Part shown: positions 55,801 to 63,223 of the stretch, one piece after another | Position numbering within the stretch: the first letter of the stretch is position 1 | Layout: each line of letters starts with the position of its first letter | Virus record (IMG/VR): IMGVR_UViG_3300032116_000001 | Span: 62,001 to 126,000 of that record | DNA: 64,000 nt | Reading direction: 5' to 3' (one strand) | Translations under genes and position numbers: made by a program | Notes under the pieces: model-generated | What the model saw: only the letters and a program-made list of their open reading frames with translations | The model's database searches: none | What the model was told of the DNA's origin: nothing

Positions 55801-56121
55801 AATCAAGAATACAAAGGAAAAATTTATTCTGAATTAATGCAATTAATCAGAGAACAAAGAATAGATATTTATGGAATTTCTGGTGGCACCTATCAAGATG
55901 CCAAGGGCGTGGTTCAAGACCTTAACGAAATTGCTGAGGCTAAAATTCAATTTACATTTTTGCAAAAAGTTTGGAAAGGCAAAAGATTTGAGATCAAAGC
56001 ACTGTCTGGATACAAAGACGACATATGTGATGCTGTTGCGGCAGCGGCATATGAATGTTTGACGGCAAGGGTGCTAAGCAGTTTTCCAAAATCGAGAGTG
56101 GCCAGAACTGGCGCTAGATAA
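52897..56121 (+). CDS. terL: Terminase large subunit, intein-containing
   Basis: YPWQ, Walker A GRRSGK|S, IMDEVA, LSNP, QFGAEF, HLDPA, SFDQW, KDDICDAVA. Confidence 0.9.
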   Translation: MKKGRPSKPEYLKQDKKTSLMQQLAALEDSFKNQGYEGEYDDEIMPSVRAEVMPPPTPEKTNYNPDQIVDIVTFMEHPYFCNLKPYPWQRLILKCFYMGQEGNTNLEIQDVDQDVRESGTCDGCVWKYVRNDEEKVYKGRKDGKQLRNIFSVVNSPCLTCERFDDTLREDRYVAARHEATNPDDSRKIDNLIKRPISDNYETEYDLLHASEFDPLLRKQVLDKCTNRYKFQELILVLGRRSGKALALDTPVLTTKGWKTMGTLQVGDYVFGDDGFPTRIIAATEPMEGRICYRMRFSNGDTIVADEQHQWRVVSKRERKNQPRARIPRELRQEIKTTKEIAQTLLHGRSRTIVDCKTGKSRIMGAERNWSVELASPLQMPEADLPIAPYLMGAWLGDGCSTHGHITSNTIEVIDRIRETTSYNPWKQACNPFGYCIGKDANEVSFKERLRDLGLLGKGRKHIPTAYLLASEHQRLELLRGLVDTDGHVCARSGRIEITTVYDDLARGIHSLVCSLGQKATILTGDATLNGKFVSKKYRICFTPRNGLLPATLSYKRDRVSHAKKSDVGRIFIEKVEKLAESVPVRCIQVDNASNMFLAGKSLVPTHNSFLVSVMALYELYRLLAMGHPQARYGLMEFDEIVLLNVARNEEQAKKAIFSKIKQTVLASPFFQPYVGKDTELEMRFFTDHDKKENERRAENGINLFSGSLVLRCGSSNASGLVGLTCWSIIMDEVAAMAGDNPDSGLDYALYDDLKPSGATFGKDFKMMMLSNPKGPIGLLYDLHENRQDDPTTLVMRLATWLTNPSIDQEWLEEQKRKDPTEFQMQFGAEFGAASSDPMFTVDQVNGMWAMTSTTPRAEHGQPLIEYYAHLDPARTSDYYALVVSHAEQIYPIQIGPDNKPLKRVVIDHIHFWNPRTKNQPVSEKEVEDYLIELHQKFKFKQVSFDQWHSQSSIIRLKSMGINAVERQFNQEYKGKIYSELMQLIREQRIDIYGISGGTYQDAKGVVQDLNEIAEAKIQFTFLQKVWKGKRFEIKALSGYKDDICDAVAAAAYECLTARVLSSFPKSRVARTGAR
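53626..54717 (+). mobile_element. Class 3 intein (364 aa) with LAGLIDADG homing endonuclease, in the TerL P-loop
   Basis: Starts ALALDTPV (Ala1); block B ADEQHQW; LAGLIDADG motifs GAWLGDG and LRGLVDTDG; block F VRCIQV; ends PTHN|S. Confidence 0.92.
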
Positions 56122-56141
56122 TTTGTGTAATTTTGTTGTCA

Positions 56142-56167
56142 AGGATATTTTAGCGATCAGGTAGAAT
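56142..56167 (+). promoter_or_regulatory. SigH-like promoter AGGA-N18-GAAT
   Basis: Intergenic after terL; same spacing as the other copies. Confidence 0.65.
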
Positions 56168-56206
56168 ATCCTAATTAAATTTGTTCTAAACAAAGGGAGA
56201 TGCTTT

Positions 56207-57301
56207 ATGTCAACAAACAAGTCTAGTCAAGGCCCAATGGAACGCCAATCACAATATGGTGGGGTTGGCGGAGGGCAATCTCCTTTTGCGCCTGGGGGCT
56301 CGCCGATGGGCAGAGGCTACGGGTCTGGTGGTGGCTTAGATATAAATAAATACGTGGTGGACGAAAGTTTCGACGCGGTTCTTGAGCAAGTACACAATCC
56401 TGCGCCGATTGACCCCGAAAGAAATATTGAAAAAAGACTTGAAGAACAACATGTTTTTGCCGAGGAAAATGCAATACCTTATGATCTTAGTTTTGAAGAG
56501 CGACAAAGATTAAAAATTAGGAATGAAATTAGAAGAAGAGAACAATTTTACGAAGATGCGGCAAAAAGCATTGCCAAAAACTCCCCATCTTACATCCAAA
56601 ATAATTTCCAGCCTAGTGAATCTCATATTACACCCTTTAATGTCCTGTTGCAATCGAGACGAAAAAACAATGACGAATCATACGTAAGAGACCCAAGAGA
56701 GGATGATATCCCGCCCCAAATTAAACCAACAAGATATCATCCTGTTTTGTCCAGTAATGGCCATGATCGATTGGCTTATTTAATAAGCAGGCCAAATGAA
56801 ATTAATGACGAAGATTCAGATGAAGTAAACTGGGCCAACAAAGCGCGTGTGACATTTCCGCTTGGACTTGGGAGCACCCCCGTTTTAAATTTAGGTTCAG
56901 AACTTGATGAATATTTAGATCAAGTTTCAAAACAAAATTGGGGCGGGCAAAAAAGCACGTCAAACGAGCCGTCTGTTGGATTTGACTTTCATGAGCCAGA
57001 TGAATTCACATTATTGCACGAACCAGACACAAAAAACCTGCCATCAAGCATTGGTGAACTGGCTGAAGATGTAGTTAATGGCATGGGAAGACTTGATAAA
57101 GAAAATGATTATGGAATTGTTGACAGCCCATTTGTTACACTTGAGGCAAAGTTAGAAGCCACAAATCGCGCCGAGCCAGAGAGAAGCCCCAGCGACGTAT
57201 TTCCAGGCAATAAGTGGCAACTACACAAAGATGAGCCCGCAGGCATATTGGATAGCTATCAGCAAAAATTTGAGGGCCAGGGCTCTCCTTGGAAAATTTA
57301 A
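56207..57301 (+). CDS. Hypothetical late protein (Gly-rich N-terminus, low complexity)
   Basis: 364 aa; AGGA-N18-GAAT promoter and GGGAG SD upstream. Confidence 0.7.
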   Translation: MSTNKSSQGPMERQSQYGGVGGGQSPFAPGGSPMGRGYGSGGGLDINKYVVDESFDAVLEQVHNPAPIDPERNIEKRLEEQHVFAEENAIPYDLSFEERQRLKIRNEIRRREQFYEDAAKSIAKNSPSYIQNNFQPSESHITPFNVLLQSRRKNNDESYVRDPREDDIPPQIKPTRYHPVLSSNGHDRLAYLISRPNEINDEDSDEVNWANKARVTFPLGLGSTPVLNLGSELDEYLDQVSKQNWGGQKSTSNEPSVGFDFHEPDEFTLLHEPDTKNLPSSIGELAEDVVNGMGRLDKENDYGIVDSPFVTLEAKLEATNRAEPERSPSDVFPGNKWQLHKDEPAGILDSYQQKFEGQGSPWKI

Positions 57302-57323
57302 AAACGCCTGTATAAACATAATC

Positions 57324-58436
57324 ATGTACGATTATCTAATCGTCGGTGCGGGATTGTATGGAGCTGTTTTTGCTCGTGAAGCGACTGATCGTGGAAAACG
57401 AGTTTTAGTAATAGACAAGCGTAAGCATATTGGTGGGAATTGTCACACTGAAATTATAGACAGCATTCCTGTGCATCAATATGGACCTCATTGTTTCCAT
57501 ACTTCCCAGGATTATATCTGGAATTATGTTCGAAAATTTGCCGATTTTAATCATTTTAGTCTTAGAACACGCGCAAATTTTAAGGGCAAATTATATTCAC
57601 TTCCAATAAATCTGTCTACGATGCATCAGGTTTGGCCCGAAGTTGTAACCCCGAGTCAGGCTGCCGCTAAATTGGCGGCGGAAACCGCGCCGTACATCGG
57701 GATTAATCCATCAAATCTTGAAGAACATGCGTTAAGTCAGGTTGGGCCAACTTTATATGAAATGTTTATCAAGGGATACACTACTAAACAATGGGGCAGA
57801 GACCCAAGAGAGCTTCCCTCTTCGATTATAAAAAGACTTCCCGTCAGGCTGACAATGAATGATAGATACTTTCATGATTCTCATAGATATGAGGGAATTC
57901 CAATTGGGGGTTACACGGCTATGATTTCAAATATGTTTAAAGGCATAGATGTTAGACTTGGGGTGGATTACCTAATTAACAGAGAGGAATTAAAAAAAGT
58001 AAGCAAAAAGATTGTTTACACTGGGGCCATAGACGCTATGTATGATTTTTGCTATGGAAAACTAGAGTATAGATCATTGCAATTTGAACATGAAATGCTT
58101 GATGGGGATTTTCAAGGCAACGCTATTGTAAATTACACAGAAGATACTGTTCCCTATACCAGAATCGTTGAGCATAAGCACTTTGAGTTTTTAAATCTTC
58201 CACACACTATAATTACTAAAGAATTTCCATCGGCACTAAATCAAAGTTTGGAACCTTTTTATCCAGTAAATGACAGCGCAAATAACGCACTGTTTGACAA
58301 ATATCGTGAGCGTGCTGAGTTCGAAAAAAATCTCATACTTGGGGGGCGATTGGCAAATTATAGATATTATGATATGGATGCCACTGTCGCAAATGCTCTT
58401 TCTGCAATCAGAAAAGAATTTTGTTGCGCAGGATGA
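57324..58436 (+). CDS. glf: UDP-galactopyranose mutase
   Basis: VGAGLYG, HIGGN, YGPHCFHT, GYTTKQWG, YRSL, YTRIVEHKHF, GRLANYRYYDMD. Confidence 0.95.
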   Translation: MYDYLIVGAGLYGAVFAREATDRGKRVLVIDKRKHIGGNCHTEIIDSIPVHQYGPHCFHTSQDYIWNYVRKFADFNHFSLRTRANFKGKLYSLPINLSTMHQVWPEVVTPSQAAAKLAAETAPYIGINPSNLEEHALSQVGPTLYEMFIKGYTTKQWGRDPRELPSSIIKRLPVRLTMNDRYFHDSHRYEGIPIGGYTAMISNMFKGIDVRLGVDYLINREELKKVSKKIVYTGAIDAMYDFCYGKLEYRSLQFEHEMLDGDFQGNAIVNYTEDTVPYTRIVEHKHFEFLNLPHTIITKEFPSALNQSLEPFYPVNDSANNALFDKYRERAEFEKNLILGGRLANYRYYDMDATVANALSAIRKEFCCAG

Positions 58437-58464
58437 CCAGCCACAATTATAGGATTATAATTAT

Positions 58465-58926
58465 ATGAACAAAGTTGCAGCAATTCAATCATTGATCGAA
58501 ATGGCAAATCACCTAGATGATACTGGAATGATTCTGGAAGCGAATAATTTAACAGATATAGCCAAACGTATTGCGCAATATGTTCCAAAGACATGGGACA
58601 TCGACCCGAACCGTCACTATGAAAATTTTGTTGTTCCTTTTAAGTCACTGGAAGATGAGTTTAAGGAAAACGATGACTTAAGACAAAAGCAGCCCAGATA
58701 TCGAGCCCCTGATTACAGAAACCTGGTTGGTGATGAGGATGAAAACATAGAGGGATTATTACATGGTCCCGATTCGGTTCCTGGCCCTGCATATGTTGAT
58801 CCAGGTAGTATAGCATCTAATCCTGGTATGGCAATGGGTGACCTAAGCGATTTCACATGGGAAAACTCTTATGAAGCCAATAATGATTCTACCAATAGAT
58901 GGAAAAATCTTATTCCCAATCGATAG
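58465..58926 (+). CDS. Hypothetical protein with N-terminal LIEMANHLDDTG...EAN...KRIAQ tag
   Basis: ORF track; best copy of the shared tag. Confidence 0.75.
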   Translation: MNKVAAIQSLIEMANHLDDTGMILEANNLTDIAKRIAQYVPKTWDIDPNRHYENFVVPFKSLEDEFKENDDLRQKQPRYRAPDYRNLVGDEDENIEGLLHGPDSVPGPAYVDPGSIASNPGMAMGDLSDFTWENSYEANNDSTNRWKNLIPNR

Positions 58927-58956
58927 TGTTTTTCAAAAAACGCTAGTTGAGCTGAT

Positions 58957-58982
58957 AGGACAAAACTATTTTTGTGCAGAAA
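58957..58982 (+). promoter_or_regulatory. SigH-like promoter AGGA-N18-GAAA
   Basis: Intergenic, upstream of 59014. Confidence 0.6.
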
Positions 58983-59013
58983 GTTAACTATTAGTTAGTT
59001 TTCGGAGAAAAGC

Positions 59014-59538
59014 ATGCCCTATCCCATTAAACCCGTTCATAAACTTGATCTTCATGAAGAAATTTTTGATTCTCCCAGCATTGAGGCAGATTTAGCATCG
59101 ATATCTGCATTGCAAATGCAGTTTTTTGGTAATTCTGGGGTCCGAGAAGCCAAAGTAAAGTTATCTGACAGAATGATTGAAATGCTAAGGGCTATTGAAC
59201 AATCTCAGGATGAAATTGTTACCGCAGCCCAATCATTAACAACTTTGAATAAAACTGGTGATGCAATTTACAGAGTCCCAATGTCAATCACTGATCATGA
59301 TTTACTTGGGCTGAAAACAGCTGAACTGGTGCGGGGCCATGGCCGTGCCGTGACTCTTACAGAAAAGGGGCGCATTGCCTTGCGCGATCATTATCTAAAT
59401 CAGCCTGTTAATGAATTTAGAAAGGCTAGAACCAAGCCTAAATTTGATCTAAATGCTGCTCAAGCTATAACGGCGTCAAACGAAAGTGCCCGAGTTGCTA
59501 CTGCTTCTAAGTTTAGACGCAGCAATGATGTAGAATAA
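59014..59538 (+). CDS. Winged-helix-like protein
   Basis: LxGLKTAELV....VTLTEKGR wing motif; AGGA-N18-GAAA promoter. Confidence 0.55.
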   Translation: MPYPIKPVHKLDLHEEIFDSPSIEADLASISALQMQFFGNSGVREAKVKLSDRMIEMLRAIEQSQDEIVTAAQSLTTLNKTGDAIYRVPMSITDHDLLGLKTAELVRGHGRAVTLTEKGRIALRDHYLNQPVNEFRKARTKPKFDLNAAQAITASNESARVATASKFRRSNDVE

Positions 59539-59544
59539 ATAATT

Positions 59545-60333
59545 ATGGAACGCTTTAGTATCGCAAAAAACGCCGAGGCTTTGGCTGATAAGATGCACGA
59601 ACTTGCTGTATGGAGCAAGACGCATCCCAATTCGTCAAAGTTTAAACGCGGTATATTCAAGCTGCCGCCAGTATTTTCAAGCGACAAACATGGTGATCCG
59701 AGAAAAAATTTAATTGCCATGATAAAGACGCTAGCAGATTACGAAGAGTCAGATGCTGCGCCAAAGCTTGCTGAGCTTCCGTCTAGATATAATCAGTATG
59801 GCGGCGGACCAGAATTAAACGAAAAAGATTTGCGCAAAATTCACAACTGGCTTCAGCAAGTTGGTTTTGGTATTAGGGCAGCAATGTTGATTAATGAGAT
59901 GGAAAATCCAACAGAAAGTATGTCTCACTTAGATGTACCAGAAAGAGTTTTTCATATGTTATTTGCGAATCACCCAAGGCGAACATTTGTTACATATGCT
60001 TCGGACAACAAATATGAGCTTAGGCCATTAAGATATGCAGACTCTAAAGCAAAATTAAGATGGCTGAAAGAAGAATTTGCTCAACTAAATAATAAAAGAG
60101 TAATTACTGCAGGCGGATTTGGAGTTAGGCCAACTCAGCAAGAATGGGATACATTTGGGCTGAGGGGACAGACAAAAACTGCTTTAGCATCAGTTAATTC
60201 GCAAATAGATAATTTAGTAGGCCAGGCTAAAGCATTAGATTTTGAAGGAAAATTTACAGAAGCTGATATTTTAGATTTTAAATTAAATCAGTTGAGTAAA
60301 AATTTAGAAGGCTTTGATCAAGTCCAAATTTAA
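59545..60333 (+). CDS. Hypothetical protein with C-terminal tag (LVGQAKALDFEGKFTEADILD)
   Basis: ORF track; motif match. Confidence 0.7.
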   Translation: MERFSIAKNAEALADKMHELAVWSKTHPNSSKFKRGIFKLPPVFSSDKHGDPRKNLIAMIKTLADYEESDAAPKLAELPSRYNQYGGGPELNEKDLRKIHNWLQQVGFGIRAAMLINEMENPTESMSHLDVPERVFHMLFANHPRRTFVTYASDNKYELRPLRYADSKAKLRWLKEEFAQLNNKRVITAGGFGVRPTQQEWDTFGLRGQTKTALASVNSQIDNLVGQAKALDFEGKFTEADILDFKLNQLSKNLEGFDQVQI

Positions 60334-60355
60334 CATTCAAAAAGGAAAACAATCC

Positions 60356-62722
60356 ATGAAATTTCAACGTAATTATTGTCCCTCGATAAGTCAAATTCTC
60401 TCAGATGAAAGCCTAAAGCGATTATCGGCTATAACAGCATATTTAAATTTGTATTCTACAGGAGACAATACAAGTAATGCTAATTTTCGCCTAAGTTCAA
60501 GCTTGGAGTCAATGAAGAGAATTATAATCTCGTCTGAAATTGAAACATTACATCGCAAGACTGTTAAAGAGGATATTGATCGCATTAAGCATGCCTTGAA
60601 AAAAGCTTACTCTTTGGGTAAAGAATCATATGAAGCCTATGTTGACGCAAATAGTTCTGAAATTATAGCAGCGTTCTGGGCATGGATGATGACCCAAAAG
60701 CAATCTTTGTTTACAGGCATTAGTAATCAAAATAAATCTCTTTTAAGGAATTATCATGTCGGGCAAAGCGAGATCGATGACATGATCGAAGCGGCCATAC
60801 ACGAATTTATCACTCGGACAGAAGGAAAAACTAATCTTCTTGCGTCTGTTAAAAACTGGTCGCCTAGCGGAGGCGCAGATTTACATACATGGGTTCTTAA
60901 TGGTGCTAAAAACATGTTGGATATCACTGTCACCAAGCAAAGGCACCAAATCGTTAATCGCGGCAAATCTCTGGACGAAAATCTTAAAGGAAAAGACGGC
61001 GATGGAGACTCGCTTGGTGATATGATTGTTGATCCAAAATCCTCAACAGATGCAAAAGAATCTTATGATATTACAAACTATGACGAATTAGTTGAAGCTT
61101 TTGTGGAGGCCTTGCCTGAAAAAATTAGCGAACAGCCAGATTATATACGTGGGTTAATTGATAGAGGATTTAGGGCCATGAAGGTTCAGGCACAAAATGC
61201 AGAAGACCCCGAAAGTGAAAATAATTTTTACGAAATGTCCTTAAAGACTGCTAATGAGCTTTTTCAAAATGTTATGAATAGCTTTGAAGAGCTTAAGCGC
61301 TCTGTAAAAGTGATGATTTCAGACAAAACTGATGAAAATAGAGAAATTGCCATGAAGGCAAGAGAAGCTTATGACAGGCGTGTTTATTCACTGTTGAGAA
61401 ATTTGGTTGAGTCCTTTAATCCAAGTATAGCAAATAAAAAGAAAACTCAAAGAAATTTAAGCAATGTGGATGAGAATAACAAGGAAAACGAAAACAATTT
61501 CATTGACAATGAAGACAAGCAAGTTAACCAAGCCCCAAAAATTCGTTCCAGAGACTTGATTAAACCCGAAGATGAAGTCGGCAAAGAGACGGCGACTCCA
61601 GAAGAACTTATGGTAAGAAAAATGAAGCTGGACGAATTCAGAAAACAGCTTTTGCCATATTATTATCAAGTCGGTTCATTCCCAAAAACCAAATATAGAG
61701 ATGGTAAAATAACGCCATATGCCCTTAGTGAATATGGAATTGGATTAATTAGACCATACACACACTTTTTTTCAGGCATAGATTCGCCCGAAGACATAAA
61801 AGCTATGTTTGGCACTGACGAGGACAAAATAAATTCCCTGTCTCCCACAGCTTTATTTTCTCGGTTGCTAATTGAGAGTGGCTTAAAGGCTCATGAGGAC
61901 TACACCCTTGAAAACAAATTTAAAGTTCCAGGGTCAACAATGGGCAAAAACGAAGTTCAAAGATTTAGGGATTATTTCATTGACCAAATTGACACCAATC
62001 CAATGTTTACAAGACACAAAGATGTGCTTTTGCAAATGCTAGAAAGTTTCTTTTTAAACAAAAACAACAAACCATCTGATGAAAAAGTAAAAGAAATGAT
62101 CGAAAACCTTGATGCTCATACACGAATGGCCTCTTATGAGTGGGCTAGACATCAGTTAATGGGCGGTGATGGTGAACCGAAAGCATGGGCAGATTTAAGC
62201 CCTGATGAACTCAAGGCCATTGCTGTGAAGGCCTGGGAATCTTTATACGCTGATGGTTTTAGACTTTTTAGAATTCAAGAAATTAATGAACGTGGCGAGC
62301 CACATAGAAAAGGCCCTGTTATGCCATTGAGCAGATGGGTTAAGCCCGATGTCTTTTTGCCAATTATGGAAGAGGAAGTAAACAATATACAACGCATGCA
62401 GGCCAACAAAGCGGCAGTTAAAAAGGGTTATAGCCCCATTGCACAACGAAGCCGACTTGACCCCAGTATTAATCTTCAGAATATTGGTCAAAAAAGGCGT
62501 GAGATTTTGGACATTGCTAGAAATAATCAGGAAGTTCAGCAAAGCGATGTGCCTAAAACCTTTATCGAAGACAACTCTGTTGAGGATTCTAAAGATGCGT
62601 TGCAGTCACATGCAAGTGTGCTAGATAGAATGCTTCTCAAAATTAGTTCCATGGAGCAATCTGGTGATTACAAAAATGCAGACATTGAAATGTCAAGGCT
62701 AGAATCTATTTTAAGAGGATAA
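60356..62722 (+). CDS. Large protein with sigma region 2/3-like segment and C-terminal tag
   Basis: DDMIEAA...LHTWVLNGAKNMLD...KSLDENL...GDSLGDMIVD; C-terminal MEQSGDYKNAD. Confidence 0.6.
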   Translation: MKFQRNYCPSISQILSDESLKRLSAITAYLNLYSTGDNTSNANFRLSSSLESMKRIIISSEIETLHRKTVKEDIDRIKHALKKAYSLGKESYEAYVDANSSEIIAAFWAWMMTQKQSLFTGISNQNKSLLRNYHVGQSEIDDMIEAAIHEFITRTEGKTNLLASVKNWSPSGGADLHTWVLNGAKNMLDITVTKQRHQIVNRGKSLDENLKGKDGDGDSLGDMIVDPKSSTDAKESYDITNYDELVEAFVEALPEKISEQPDYIRGLIDRGFRAMKVQAQNAEDPESENNFYEMSLKTANELFQNVMNSFEELKRSVKVMISDKTDENREIAMKAREAYDRRVYSLLRNLVESFNPSIANKKKTQRNLSNVDENNKENENNFIDNEDKQVNQAPKIRSRDLIKPEDEVGKETATPEELMVRKMKLDEFRKQLLPYYYQVGSFPKTKYRDGKITPYALSEYGIGLIRPYTHFFSGIDSPEDIKAMFGTDEDKINSLSPTALFSRLLIESGLKAHEDYTLENKFKVPGSTMGKNEVQRFRDYFIDQIDTNPMFTRHKDVLLQMLESFFLNKNNKPSDEKVKEMIENLDAHTRMASYEWARHQLMGGDGEPKAWADLSPDELKAIAVKAWESLYADGFRLFRIQEINERGEPHRKGPVMPLSRWVKPDVFLPIMEEEVNNIQRMQANKAAVKKGYSPIAQRSRLDPSINLQNIGQKRREILDIARNNQEVQQSDVPKTFIEDNSVEDSKDALQSHASVLDRMLLKISSMEQSGDYKNADIEMSRLESILRG

Positions 62723-62727
62723 AAATC

Positions 62728-63222
62728 ATGACAGAGGGCACAAAATTTAGAATAAGATTTGTTGCTGACAATGATGAAAAAAGAACCAAGGGGCTCATGC
62801 ATGCAGAGCCCCTTGAAGATGATGAAGTTGTTCTTTTTATATTCCCTCATCCAGATAGATATGGTTTTTGGAATAAGAATGTTTCTTTTGGATTAAGTCT
62901 GGCATTTTGTGACGCCAATGGTAAAATTGTACATTTTTCAGACATGAAGCCTAATGACCCAACAAAAGTTGGACCAGAAAACGATAATGTAATGTTTGTG
63001 GTTGAGGCTAAAGAAGGGGCTTTTTCAAAGATCGGCGCGAAGAAAGGTGATCTAATCAATTACTCTAATAATTTACTCACTGTGCACAAGACATCATCAA
63101 GGCATGCTCAAAATAATGAAAAAAATAATTTTCAAAAAAATGGCATTAAAAAAACAGGTATAGACATTAACAAGTTGGAAGTTAATCTTTTAGCAGGGTC
63201 TCTTAAGGAGGACTATAAATAA
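62728..63222 (+). CDS. DUF192 family protein
   Basis: VAD...R.KGLM....L...VLFIF......FWNKNV...L...F.D..G.IV...VVE. Confidence 0.85.
   Translation: MTEGTKFRIRFVADNDEKRTKGLMHAEPLEDDEVVLFIFPHPDRYGFWNKNVSFGLSLAFCDANGKIVHFSDMKPNDPTKVGPENDNVMFVVEAKEGAFSKIGAKKGDLINYSNNLLTVHKTSSRHAQNNEKNNFQKNGIKKTGIDINKLEVNLLAGSLKEDYK
63156..63181 (+). promoter_or_regulatory. SigH-like promoter AGGT-N18-GAAG
   Basis: Upstream of the strong-SD gene at 63224. Confidence 0.55.
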
Positions 63223-63223
63223 T

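Noticed and set aside
59509-59536. SigH-type promoter before 59545
   Set aside because: GAAT is present but there is no AGG at the conserved spacing.
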